Of a stretch of DNA of 64,000 nucleotides, positions 1-15,134 are shown in pieces; positions within the stretch are counted from its first letter, which is position 1; each line of letters starts with the position of its first letter. Source of the DNA: Eledone cirrhosa. Taxonomy: Eukaryota. The stretch lies in NCBI GenBank assembly GCA_964016885.1, contig OZ024762.1, positions 7,750,001 through 7,814,000 of the forward strand, given 5' to 3'. The notes below the pieces were generated by a model that searched no databases, was not told the DNA's origin, and saw only the letters and a list, made by a program, of their open reading frames with translations. The position numbers and the translations under genes were made by a program.

Positions 1-114
1 TAGTAGTAGTAGTAGTAGTAGTAGAGGCGGTAGTAGTTTTTGTAGTAGTAGTAGTAGTAGTTGTACTAGTAGTCGTAGTAGTAGTTGTAATAGTAGTAGT
101 TGAAGTAATATTAA

Positions 115-170
<56 letters not shown>

Positions 171-216
171 TTAGTAGTAGTAGTAGCAGCAATAGTAGTA
201 GTAGTAGTAGCAGCAA

Positions 217-257
<41 letters not shown>
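1..257. repeat. (TAG)n microsatellite
   Basis: Direct reading. Confidence 0.95.
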
Positions 258-689
258 CTGGGGTCAATTCTTCCTCTATATTTCTCTCGCCTTCTTCACA
301 AGATATCGGCTGTGTTTAAACCTGGAGAGTGATGGCTTCTCCTAGGTTTAAGGTAACCAACACGGGCCATATTTCCTCACGACGTCCATACGACTCCATC
401 AAGAGTTATGGTTCTGTACAGTGTATGGCTTGAGAGAGACTTGTCTGCTATTTCTAGCAGATCAAGTGACCCTCCTGAGCCCCCCCCCTTCCTTCACCAA
501 CTCCTATATGAACATACTTAATTTACCTTGGTAACACTCCCCTGTGTTCACCGGACTGTAACCACACACGTGTGTAGTCCAGAGAACGTCACTAACCAGG
601 GTTGGCGTCTAACATCTTCGTACTGTTTAATAACGTCTAACGTCTTCGTACCAAACATAAAAAAAATATATATATTTCTTTTAGATGGG

Positions 690-900
690 CAGAAATCGGT
701 GGAGCGCCGGATAAAATGCCTCGTGGTATTTAATAAAGACCCTTTACGTGTTCAGTTCAAATCTCACCAAGAACAGCTTTACATTTCATTCTTCTGAGGG
801 TCGATAAAATAAAGTACCAGTTAAATACTAGGGTCGTTTTAATCGACGCTTATCCTCCCACAAAATTGCCGGCCTTGTGCCTAAATTAGAACAAAATTAT
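690..900 (+). mobile_element. Degenerate tRNA-derived SINE (family 1; core ggtcgataaaataaagtaccag)
   Basis: gttcaaatc B-box-like motif, conserved core, and ggccttgtgcctaaa tail shared with many copies in the window. Confidence 0.7.
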
Positions 901-1242
901 CATTCATGTACATTTCTGCGTCAATGGATGGGGAGATGCAGAGTGTGAATAGAGATATGTTATATATCCCAACCGCGGCTCCATGTACTCGCCGAACCGC
1001 TTGGTACCGTGGTCGGGATTTTACATCTCAGTCTGGTCTTTCTTATTTCCTGTTCTAGTACAGTTTGACATAAAATTCATCTCATCCTATATGGCTCTTG
1101 CGTCGTTCCTACCGTGTCCCACACGACTCCATCAGAGGTAACGAACCCATACATACATCTATAGAGCAATGAATATACTAACCTATGTCCTAAAATAGAG
1201 GAAAATTAAGCTATCTCCCTAGATAGGAAACAGTAGCAACCC

Positions 1243-2006
<764 letters not shown>

Positions 2007-2137
2007 TTTTCTTTGTTATCTGCTGATGATCGGTACAGTGAGAAATAGATGACACATCATAATTGAAGGTGAAGCGAAAGTCAAGAGTTCCCCTGTTTCG
2101 TGAATGTTGTTATCTATAAGTGTATATATATATATAT

Positions 2138-5100
2138 ATAAATTGAAACAAAATGAAAACGAAATTTCATTTCTCACTCTTAGTATGGCACTTACTTAAA
2201 TGTAAGTATGCATGTATACGTGCATACATATATGTATACAGACGTACAGTAGCATGCACATATATATATATATATACATATATACATACATATGCATACA
2301 GGTACACATACATATATGCACGTATCAGTTTAGCGGCGCTAACGTCGCTTTGTTCGTTTGTAAACAAACTGAACAGCCTGAATTTATGCCATACGGTGTT
2401 AAGGCAACCACGTCACCTTTTTGTTCAACACTGACACAGGAACGATGTACTAGTTTCAAGCTTGTTAGCTATCATCAGCACCGTTTACCCATCTGCCAGA
2501 TAGTTGAACGTTCGAAAGTATATACTTTCCTTATGAAAATTAACGGCTGAGCAGCCTAATTTGCATATTGAGTGAGTTAAATCGGTCAGGCATACCGAAA
2601 ACGATAAATTGAAACAAAATGAAAACGAAATTTCATTTCTCACTCTTAGTATGGCACTTACTTAAATGTAAGTATGCATGTATACGTGCATACATATATG
2701 TATACAGACGTACAGTAGCATGCACATATATATATATATATACATATATACATACATATGCATACAGGTACACATACATATATGCACGTATCAGTTTAGC
2801 GGCGCTAACGTCGCTTTGTTCGTTTGTAAACAAACTGAACAGCCTGAATTTATGCCATACGGTGTTAAGGCAACCACGTCACCTTTTTGTTCAACACTGA
2901 CACAGGAACGATGTACTAGTTTCAAGCTTGTTAGCTATCATCAGCACCGTTTACCCATCTGCCAGATAGTTGAACGTTCGAAAGTATATACTTTCCTTAT
3001 GAAAATTAACGGCTGAGCAGCCTAATTTGCATATTGAGTGAGTTAAATCGGTCAGGCATACCGAAAACGATAAATTGAAACAAAATGAAAACGAAATTTC
3101 ATTTCTCACTCTTAGTATGGCACTTACTTAAATGTAAGTATGCATGTATACGTGCATACATATATGTATACAGACGTACAGTAGCATGCACATATATATA
3201 TATATATACATATATACATACATATGCATACAGGTACACATACATATATGCACGTATCAGTTTAGCGGCGCTAACGTCGCTTTGTTCGTTTGTAAACAAA
3301 CTGAACAGCCTGAATTTATGCCATACGGTGTTAAGGCAACCACGTCACCTTTTTGTTCAACACTGACACAGGAACGATGTACTAGTTTCAAGCTTGTTAG
3401 CTATCATCAGCACCGTTTACCCATCTGCCAGATAGTTGAACGTTCGAAAGTATATACTTTCCTTATGAAAATTAACGGCTGAGCAGCCTAATTTGCATAT
3501 TGAGTGAGTTAAATCGGTCAGGCATACCGAAAACGATAAATTGAAACAAAATGAAAACGAAATTTCATTTCTCACTCTTAGTATGGCACTTACTTAAATG
3601 TAAGTATGCATGTATACGTGCATACATATATGTATACAGACGTACAGTAGCATGCACATATATATATATATATATACATATATACATACATATGCATACA
3701 GGTACACATACATATATGCACGTATCAGTTTAGCGGCGCTAACGTCGCTTTGTTCGTTTGTAAACAAACTGAACAGCCTGAATTTATGCCATACGGTGTT
3801 AAGGCAACCACGTCACCTTTTTGTTCAACACTGACACAGGAACGATGTACTAGTTTCAAGCTTGTTAGCTATCATCAGCACCGTTTACCCATCTGCCAGA
3901 TAGTTGAACGTTCGAAAGTATATACTTTCCTTATGAAAATTAACGGCTGAGCAGCCTAATTTGCATATTGAGTGAGTTAAATCGGTCAGGCATACCGAAA
4001 ACGATAAATTGAAACAAAATGAAAACGAAATTTCATTTCTCACTCTTAGTATGGCACTTACTTAAATGTAAGTATGCATGTATACGTGCATACATATATG
4101 TATACAGACGTACAGTAGCATGCACATATATATATATATATACATATATACATACATATGCATACAGCATACATATATGCACGTATCAGTTTAGCGGCGC
4201 TAACGTCGCTTTGTTCGTTTGTAAACAAACTGAACAGCCTGAATTTATGCCATACGGTGTTAAGGCAACCACGTCACCTTTTTGTTCAACACTGACACAG
4301 GAACGATGTACTAGTTTCAAGCTTGTTAGCTATCATCAGCACCGTTTACCCATCTGCCAGATAGTTGAACGTTCGAAAGTATATACTTTCCTTATGAAAA
4401 TTAACGGCTGAGCAGCCTAATTTGCATATTGAGTGAGTTAAATCGGTCAGGCATACCGAAAACGATAAATTGAAACAAAATGAAAACGAAATTTCATTTC
4501 TCACTCTTAGTATGGCACTTACTTAAATGTAAGTATGCATGTATACGTGCATACATATATGTATACAGACGTACAGTAGCATGCACATATATATATATAT
4601 ATACATATATACATACATATGCATACAGGTACACATACATATATGCACGTATCAGTTTAGCGGCGCTAACGTCGCTTTGTTCGTTTGTAAACAAACTGAA
4701 CAGCCTGAATTTATGCCATACGGTGTTAAGGCAACCACGTCACCTTTTTGTTCAACACTGACACAGGAACGATGTACTAGTTTCAAGCTTGTTAGCTATC
4801 ATCAGCACCGTTTACCCATCTGCCAGATAGTTGAACGTTCGAAAGTATATACTTTCCTTATGAAAATTAACGGCTGAGCAGCCTAATTTGCATATTGAGT
4901 GAGTTAAATCGGTCAGGCATACCGAAAACGATAAATTGAAACAAAATGAAAACGAAATTTCATTTCTCACTCTTAGTATGGCACTTACTTAAATGTAAGT
5001 ATGCATGTATACGTGCATACATATATGTATACAGACGTACAGTAGCATGCACATATATATATATATATACATATATACATACATATGCATACAGGTACAC

Positions 5101-5530
5101 ATACATATATGCACGTATCAGTTTAGCGGCGCTAACGTCGCTTTGTTCGTTTGTAAACAAACTGAACAGCCTGAATTTATGCCATACGGTGTTTTCATAA
5201 GGAAAGTATATACTTTCGAACGTTCAACTATCTGGCAGATGGGTAAACGGTGCTGATGATAGCTAACAAGCTTGAAACTAGTACATCGTTCCTGTGTCAG
5301 TGTTGAACAAAAAGGTGACGTGGTTGCCTTAACACCGTATGGCATAAATTCAGGCTGTTCAGTTTGTTTACAAACGAACAAAGCGACGTTAGCGCCGCTA
5401 AACTGATACGTGCATATATGTATGTGTACCTGTATGCATATGTATGTATATATGTATATATATATATATATGTGCATGCTACTGTACGTCTGTATACATA
5501 TATGTATGCACGTATACATGCATACTTACA
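2138..5530 (-). mobile_element. Tandem array of about 6.5 x 466-bp hammerhead-bearing monomers plus a terminal inverted partial copy (retrozyme / non-autonomous Penelope-like)
   Basis: Near-identical units with periods 466, 466, 468, 461, 466 run to 5192. An inverted copy follows at 5193-5530. Each unit carries an HHR on the minus strand. Both ends sit in (TA)n. Confidence 0.8.
2441..2485 (-). ncRNA. Minimal type I hammerhead ribozyme (also at 2907-2951, 3373-3417, 3841-3885, 4302-4346, 4768-4812 on minus; 5246-5290 on plus)
   Basis: AACGGUG-CUGAUGA-U-AGCU(AACA)AGCU-U-GAAA-CUAG-UA-CAUCGUU. It has a 7-bp stem I, an intact core, a 4-bp stem II, a palindromic stem III and a GUA cleavage triplet. 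Confidence 0.85.
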
Positions 5531-5771
5531 TATATATATATATATCACGATAAATTAGGGAGGCATAGGCCGTCGTTATTCCCTGTAAATAATCTGCTCA
5601 AAGGGGAAGAGATCCTGAGCCCTTTAAAATATAATATGTTGAGAAGGTAACACACCAGAGAGAGATATATAGTGCGTTATCAATAATACAGGGAAAAAAC
5701 CACCAGTGTATGGAATCTACAACCTATGAAAGGCAGACTATAGACACGATAATTAAAAATATAAATTAAAG

Positions 5772-5838
5772 CGTAAACTTTTGGTAGATTTATCTACATA
5801 TATATATATATGTAGATAAATCTACCAAAAGTTTACGG
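5772..5838. repeat. Perfect palindrome centred on (AT)n
   Basis: cgtaaacttttggtagatttatctac-(at)n-gtagataaatctaccaaaagtttacg. Confidence 0.9.
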
Positions 5839-5945
5839 TAGTGTCCAATCCGTATGAAGAACTCAATGTAATCCGGATATCATGAAAAGAGAAGATGCAT
5901 TCAAAAACTACTTTCGGTGAAAAATAAACGGAAAACAGAGTCAAG

Positions 5946-6512
5946 ATAAATTAATAAAATAATGAATAAACAAAGAAACAGTTCCTTATATTAAAAAAAT
6001 TCATCATTTTACGATCGTTTCTAGGATATATATGTGTTAGAGTTGGTATGCATATTCTATAGATCTATGTACAATATTTATACAAACTATCAGAGGGAAT
6101 ATACATACCTACACATATATATGCTGTCTTCAGAAATAATGATATTTGTTTATTGAAAAAAACAAAGATTCAATACAATAGGTCTGTTTGGGAACAGGTT
6201 TTGAATTGACCAATAGGGAGATAGTGAGGGTCAGGATAGTAATATAGTAGTAGAAGAACCTTAAATTATGGGTAGAGGAAGGTAGATTTCAGTTTTGGAT
6301 GGAAAAGAATATTATGAATGAAGGATTATTTTAGGGAAGAAATAGGTCTTATGCTGACCTCAGAAATAATATTATTTTATTTTTTCATTGAATAAAACCA
6401 ACAAAGATCTAATATATTCTGTCTGTTGGTTTTATCCTAGAAACGATCGTAAAATGATGAATTTTTTTAATATAAGGAACTGTTTCTTTGTTTATTCATT
6501 ATTTTATTAATT

Positions 6513-6515
<3 letters not shown>
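5946..6515. repeat. Element bounded by roughly 80-bp inverted repeats
   Basis: 5946-6028 is the reverse complement of 6434-6515 (…ttttacgatcgtttctaggata / tatcctagaaacgatcgtaaaa…). Confidence 0.75.
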
Positions 6516-8012
<1,497 letters not shown>

Positions 8013-8116
8013 AAAATGTATGACCCCGACGCCAGAGCTCGAGCCGTTTCGACGGCTATTTCTGCAGAAATAGCCGTCGAAACGGCTCGAGCTCTGCCGT
8101 CGGGGTCATACATTTT
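8013..8116. repeat. GC-rich 104-bp palindrome with no spacer and one mismatch
   Basis: aaaatgtatgaccccgacgccagagctcgagccgtttcgacggctatttctg|cagaaatagccgtcgaaacggctcgagctctgccgtcggggtcatacatttt. Confidence 0.9.
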
Positions 8117-8197
8117 TCTATTACGCACTCTACTACCCTAGTATTGAGTACTCTGGTGCGTTATGGTCCATCTAGCTCCTTACCACAAATCCCTCGT

Positions 8198-8229
<32 letters not shown>

Positions 8230-8268
8230 CACATACTCGTGTATACAGCGTGTATATATATATATATT

Positions 8269-8314
<46 letters not shown>

Positions 8315-8832
8315 TCTGTGTGTGTGTGTACATATGTATGTATGTGTGTGTATATATGTATGTATATATATCAACGGCCATCCATAAGTGTGTAAATATC
8401 TATATACACATGTACATATGTATGTATATGTGTATATACATGGGTGCATGTGTATGTATATGCGCGGGGACATAGACATAGTCGGGCTGGACACCCGATC
8501 GCGCGGTTAAACCACTGGGAGTGAAGGGCCCCTTTGTCAGGGCATTCTTCTAGAAGAAGGTAACTCAGGAAACTGGGATAACTGCGACATAAAACCTGCG
8601 GCTCAGTAGTTACCGATGATGTTGATCTTTTCTTCTTTTAGGGTTATAGCTACTGTCGCTCAGAGAGTGGGATTGGCTCAGTGCACAGTCTTTCCTCACT
8701 TTAAAAAATATCTTCACGCACAGGCATTGCACGATAGAATTAATTAATTATTATTAATAATGGTATATCGTGCAATGGCCATACTCGATAACGAGGGGGC
8801 AGCCATCATATATGTATGTATGTATGTGTATG

Positions 8833-8863
<31 letters not shown>

Positions 8864-9030
8864 ATGTGTGTGTATGTATGTGTGTGTATGTATATATGCA
8901 TGTGTGTGTGTGTTTGTGTGTATGTATGTATATGTATGTATGTATATGTATGTATGTATGTGTGTGTGTATTGATGTATGTATGTATATGTATGTCTGTG
9001 TATGTATGTATGTGTGTATATATATGTATG

Positions 9031-9121
<91 letters not shown>

Positions 9122-9184
9122 ATGTGCATGTATGTTTCTCTTTCTATTAATGTTTCTCTTAATATATATACTTTCTGGTGGCAA

Positions 9185-9221
<37 letters not shown>

Positions 9222-9223
<2 letters not shown>

Positions 9224-9310
9224 TACGAGGGAAACCTAAGGGCAGCAGCGACAAACTCCTTCTTGCACCAGTGGCCAACCAATACAGGCTGGAGATAAAA
9301 TGTGTAGCTT
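9222..9310 (+). mobile_element. Short fragment of the CR1-like LINE 3' end
   Basis: Encodes [23 protein letters not shown], nearly identical to the C-terminus of the ORF ending at 28298. Confidence 0.85.
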
Positions 9311-9380
9311 ACACACTTTTACAAATTATCCCCTGTGATTGTTTCGTATGTTTATTTATATGTCAATCAATTTCTAGTTG

Positions 9381-9411
<31 letters not shown>

Positions 9412-9483
9412 CATATTTATATATATATATATATATATATATAAATGTATAAATATATATATATGTATATATACACAGAAATG

Positions 9484-9533
9484 GCTTCTACAGGCCTAGA
9501 ACTGTTTCATTCGGAAGAAATCGTCAGGTAAGC
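9484..9533 (-). ncRNA. Hammerhead ribozyme motif (same family as 37856-37904 and 42361-42410)
   Basis: Reverse complement reads GCUUAC-CUGACGA-UUUCUUCCGAAU-GAAA-CAG(UUCUAGGC)CUG-UA-GAAGC. Confidence 0.6.
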
Positions 9534-9567
9534 GCTGTGGTTACCCCCGATTGAACCCGGGATAGAC

Positions 9568-9582
9568 ATCTCTCTCTCTCTC

Positions 9583-9625
<43 letters not shown>

Positions 9626-9636
9626 ATCTATTTCTG

Positions 9637-9676
<40 letters not shown>

Positions 9677-9987
9677 CTATCTCTGTTCTCTCTCTCACTC
9701 TGTCTCTCTTCTCTCCCTCTGCCCCTCTATCTCTCTCACTGTGTCGCTCTTCTCTGTCTCTCACTCTTCCCTCGCTCTTTGTCTCTCCCTCTCTTCTCTC
9801 TCTCACCCTCTCTTCTCACCCTCTCTTCTCTCTCTCTCTCTCTCTCTCTCATTCTCTCACTCTTCTCACTCTCTGTTCTCTCGCTCCCTCACTCTCTCTC
9901 TCATTCTCTCACTCTTCTCACTCTCTCTTCTCTCGCTCCTTCACTCTCTCTCTCTTCTCTCTCTCTCTTCCCTCTCCCTCTTCTCTG

Positions 9988-10035
<48 letters not shown>

Positions 10036-10114
10036 TCTCTCTCACACACTCTCTCAGTTTGGTAATGTTTACGATGGAACAAATAGTTCCTTAAATATTC
10101 TGACTTGTCTTCAT

Positions 10115-10167
<53 letters not shown>

Positions 10168-10270
10168 GAGAGAGAAAAAGAGTGAGAGAGATAAATACAT
10201 AGGCAGATAGATATACATATAGATAGATTAATAGAGAGATACATAGATATATAGATAGATATATAGATAG
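9568..10270. repeat. (TC)n, (GA)n and (GATA)n low-complexity block
   Basis: Direct reading. Confidence 0.9.
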
Positions 10271-10680
10271 ATATCTTTCTTTATTTGTCACAGGGGCGTA
10301 CAAAAATGGGAGATTACAAGACGTGACGGCGGGGGTTTTACTTAAAATCTTTAACAATGATGAATAACAATAAACTATATATAAAATAAAACAATTGAAA
10401 TCCCCAGTAGGGGGGAACGTTACCGCAGGGTTGTTTTACATCCCGTGGATAGAACAACCCCCAACACCAGGAACACGTTTTGTAGGTGTTCCCGTCTTCC
10501 CTCTGTTTGTTTGTCTTCCTCAACCTACAGGTTTATATACAGAGAAGGGCCCATTCACCCGGGCCATTTTCGCCACATTCACCCACCTTTCAGAAGAATT
10601 TATTGGGGTGTAGCACCTCTGAGTCCACACTCACCTTCCTTCTGAAGTGCCACTTAAAGAAGGGGATGAGAAAGATACGT
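10270..10680 (-). mobile_element. 3' end of a Tx1/L1-like LINE
   Basis: Minus strand gives FFKWHFRRKVSVDSEVLHPNKFF, similar to FFRYHFGRRIRMEREVLHPSPFY in ORF 15396-16205. The 3' tip aataaagaaag is followed by (tatc)n. Confidence 0.7.
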
Positions 10681-10961
10681 AAATAGATAGATAAACGGAC
10701 AACGGTAACAGCAGCAGCTACAACAGCAACAACAACAACAACAATAGCAACAGCGACAGGAGGAGGAGTAGGAGCAGGTGGAGGAGGAGGTGAAGCAGCA
10801 AGAACAGCAACAGCAGCAACAACAACAAAAACAGCAGATATATCGTCTTTGACACAAGCCCAGTATTTCCAAGTAGGACCCACTTAAGCCGTACCCAGGG
10901 TCACCTACTGTATAATGCTGAAGTACTTCCAGTACTTCAGACGAACATACCATTCTTTTGA

Positions 10962-10994
<33 letters not shown>

Positions 10995-11089
10995 GTTGCT
11001 ATGGTGATAGATATAGATGGGTATGATCATCACTGATGGAAGTCACCAATGATGGTCATATGGTATATGTATATATATATTCTTATATA

Positions 11090-11410
11090 TAATATAAGAT
11101 CAAAAGATGGTTAAAGGAGTTCCATGTATTTTATTATGCGCATTTCAAAAACAAACATCATCATGCAATAATATTTGTGTTTTCATCAGATAAAACAGGA
11201 GAACATGATATGAAGGCTAAAAAACACTTGTGGATAGTGCAATTTTAAATCTACATATGAAAAGTGGTTTTAGATTGATGTGTGATATTGGGAAAAATAT
11301 TTTATTTAGAGAGGGGTGGGTGGGTGGGGTGGAAAGGATGAAAAAGGGGGAGGAGATGAGAGGGAGAGATGGGTGATAGAGAGAAAGAGATAGCTTTTAT
11401 AACTGAGAGG
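11090..11410 (-). mobile_element. pLTR-like repeat with HHR at 11129-11195 (other copies about 41015-41350 on minus and about 45428-45635 on plus)
   Basis: UUUUAU-CUGAUGA-[long AU-rich stem II]-GAAA-UGCGCA-UA-AUAAAA. Three near-identical dispersed copies. Confidence 0.75.
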
Positions 11411-11477
11411 AGATATACTGTCCCACACAGAGAGGTTGAAAACCGTTGGAAGATAATGTATAAACCCCAAAAAATTT

Positions 11478-11753
11478 TTGAAAATCAACGAAAGGAGCAA
11501 TCCAATTCCTTCTATAGATAACACTAGATCACTCATTAATAATCTCTCTAATTGCAACTGCCGCATTAAAAATAAATGTCCTCTCAACAACCATTGTCTC
11601 GATAAAAACTTAATTTATGAATGTAAAATTATAACTAGCACCAATTCCTTCACCTATTTTGGCTCCACTTCCACCTCTTTTAAAGCTCGTCTCTATAATC
11701 ATCTTTCATCTTTCAAATACAAACTTAAAAGAACTAACACTGCTCTCTCAGAA

Positions 11754-11757
<4 letters not shown>
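11478..11757 (+). mobile_element. Penelope-like element fragment, GIY-YIG endonuclease N-terminal part
   Basis: CNCRIKNKCPLNNHCLDKNLIYECKI...TYFGSTSTSFKARLYNH has the Cys-rich linker, the (L)IY/YFG motifs and the conserved R..H of PLE endonucleases. Truncated by (TA)n. Confidence 0.8.
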
Positions 11758-11802
<45 letters not shown>

Positions 11803-11807
<5 letters not shown>

Positions 11808-12406
11808 TAGTTCCTCCAGTCCCTTGTGGAACATTGGGCGACGAGCTTCCTCCACTTGATCCTGTCACCGGCGGCCCTTCTAGCACCTCTCCAGGTAATT
11901 CCCATCTCCGCAGGTCCTCCCTGAATGTGCTCCGCCATGTTTTTCGTGGTCTTCCCCGTTCTCTCCTGCCACCTTCTGGTACCCAATCCATGGCAATATG
12001 AGCAGGTCGATCTGCCGGCAAACGAAGGATGTGGCCCGCGAACCGCCGTCTCCTTTTCCGGACAATGTCCCTTAACCTCTCCAATCCTGACCTCCTCAGC
12101 TCTTCCTCGTTGCTAACTTGGTCTCTCCATGATATTTTCAATATGGTCCGAATGCAACGACGGTGGAATACATCAAGCTTGTTACATACACTTTCCGTAC
12201 TCTTCCATGTCTCACAGGCATATATCGCTGTTGGTACTACAATGGACATGTAAACACGGAGTTTGACGGCGTTGCCGATGGAACACCTGGACCATACCGG
12301 ACGGAGTCGCTGGAAGACCGCCGCTGCTTTTTCCAGCCTTGTGCGCACATCCACCTCAGCATCCCCATCGTCAGAGATGTTGCTGCCAAGGTATTGGAAG
12401 TGGTTT
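11803..12406 (-). mobile_element. 5'-truncated RTE-clade LINE (RT C-terminal region, frameshifted near the end)
   Basis: [20 protein letters not shown]...KLRVYMSIVVPTAIYACETW...RRRFAGHILR...GRPRKTW is typical of the RTE RT thumb and C-terminus. Flanked by (TA)n. Confidence 0.85.
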
Positions 12407-12409
12407 ACT

Positions 12410-12449
<40 letters not shown>

Positions 12450-12683
12450 TTTATATATATATATATATATATATCTATATATATATATATATATATCTAT
12501 ATATATATATCTATATATCTATATATATATATATATATCTATATATCTATATATATATATCTATATATATATATATATATATCTATATATATATATATAT
12601 ATATCTATATATCTATCTATATATATATCTATATATCTATCTATATATATATATATCTATATATATATATATATATCTATATA

Positions 12684-12721
<38 letters not shown>

Positions 12722-13388
12722 TCGTAAAAGACTATTTGAGTTTATAACTCTATATATAATATATTATTTTATGCATTTTTTATGTAAGCAAGCTAACGGT
12801 TTACCAACAGCTTAATAACGGTTAATACAAACCCTAGAAAAGATAATTTGTAGATAACAAATGCATAAAATAATATACCTACAATAACAACATGGCTAGT
12901 AAATCGGTGGAATTTACATTTAACAAACAAACACCTATTGACTATAAACGACTCAAAATAATCCCATGGTTAATAGCTGTGCGTAACAAACAACATATGC
13001 ACATAAATACGAACTACAACACAAAAACACTTAAATGAAAACCACATATCCAACTCTATCACGTGCTTTACATTACACCTCACATAACAAATACCTACAT
13101 TATCACCACATGCCTCTCTAACAAATTGCACACCATCTTAAACATTTATAACACCCCACACAAAATATGTTTATTTCAACTGCATTATAACTCTTTCCTC
13201 ACACATGCCTTATTCACTGTATTGACTCCTGCATTGTACACCAATTTTCCTTGCTTATAACTTTTTTGCCTGTGTTTTTGTTTTGCTTGTGCTTTTTACT
13301 TATACCTATTACACTTTCAACCAGTGCTGCCTGTAATTCTGTTTTTTCAAGCAGAACATCTTTTTAACTCCTGACTCTCCACACGATG

Positions 13389-14030
13389 CCTGGAGTGACT
13401 CTCTGATCTCTGAGCTACAAATCTGTCCAGTGATTCTTTCCTGAGACATTCTAACCACATGTCCATAGTATCTGAGCTGTGATCTCTCAATTCAGAGAAG
13501 TAGTGGTTCTACCTGGAGTGACTCTCTGATCTCTGAGCTACAAATCTGTCCAGTGATTCTTTCCTGAGACATTCTAACCACATGTCCATAGTATCTGAGC
13601 TGTGATCTCTCAATTCAGAGAAGTAGTGGTTCTACCTGGAGTGACTCTCTGATCTCTGAGCTACAAATCTGTCCAGTGATTCTTTCCTGAGACATTCTAA
13701 CCACATGTCCATAGTATCAGAGCTGTGATCTCTCAATTCAGAGAAGTAGCAGCTCTACCCGGAGTGACTCTCTGATCTCTGAGCTACAAATCTGTCCAGT
13801 GATTCTTTCCTGAGACATTCTAACCACATGTCCATAGTATCAGAGCTGTGATCTCTCAATTCAGAGAAGTAGCAGCTCTACCCGGAGTGACTCTCTGATC
13901 TCTGAGCTACAAATCTGTCCAGTGATTCTTTCCTGAGACATTCTAACCACATGTCCATAGTATCTGAGCTGTGATCTCTCAATTCAGAGAAGTAGTGGTT
14001 CTACCTGGAGTGACTCTCTGATCTCCGAAC
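13389..14030 (-). repeat. 123-bp minisatellite (about 5.2 copies) derived from an RTE LINE segment
   Basis: Units start at 13389, 13512, 13635, 13758, 13881 and 14004. The minus strand reads SSEIRESLQVEPLLL*IERSQLRYYGHVVRMSQER. Confidence 0.8.
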
Positions 14031-14237
14031 TACACACTCTATCGGGTAATGTTATTCCTAGGACCCTTCAGAGGAACCCCATTTTGGTCGCTTGTATTCG
14101 CGATTATTGTATTCGCGATCGTATTATTTCCATTGCAGAGCAGAGTATGATATCACAGAAAAAAGAGAATCAGTGTTGCGACGAAAGGAATTTATTGGAC
14201 ATATTATAATAAAACAACATCCGTCTGTCTGTCCCCC

Positions 14238-14330
<93 letters not shown>

Positions 14331-14336
14331 TCTCTC

Positions 14337-14379
<43 letters not shown>

Positions 14380-14856
14380 ATACATGAATGTTTGAATTAA
14401 CCAATCAGAGGTTGTGTTTCTTGTCCTTTTGTAGCAGCTAATTTCAACAGGATCTAAGCATGACCAACCAAAATATTGTATATCTATATAAGAATCTATA
14501 TATTGTTATACCAAGTATAACAATATTTGATTCAACACACGATTTCAAAACTCACATATACATGCAAACACATACATACAGTCACACACATATAAAAGTC
14601 ACATATACATGCATACACAATACATACAGTAACACAAAACACCCCACATACATACACACACACTTGATAATGGGAAAAAAAAACAACTAGCACACTCCCT
14701 CTCTCTCTCTTTCTATACATATATATATATATGTGTGTGTGTGTGTGTATGGGTGTGTGTGTGTATGTATGTATGTATATATATCTATATATATATATAT
14801 ATATTTATTAAAATAACGAACCCTCTTTGGATTTTAGTGTTCAAATTTATTATTAT

Positions 14857-14936
<80 letters not shown>

Positions 14937-15042
14937 GGAGGGAGAGAGATGTACATAGACACAGATAGAGATAAATAGATATCTTTCTTTATTTGCCACA
15001 GGAGCGTACAAAAGATAAATAGATAAATAGATAGATAGATAT

Positions 15043-15133
<91 letters not shown>

Positions 15134-15134
<1 letters not shown>

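Noticed and set aside
2153-5558. Repeated 66-133 aa ORFs within the 466-bp units
   Set aside because: No recognisable domain, and they are disrupted by 2-bp and 5-bp indels between copies. The unit is better explained as a non-coding ribozyme RNA.
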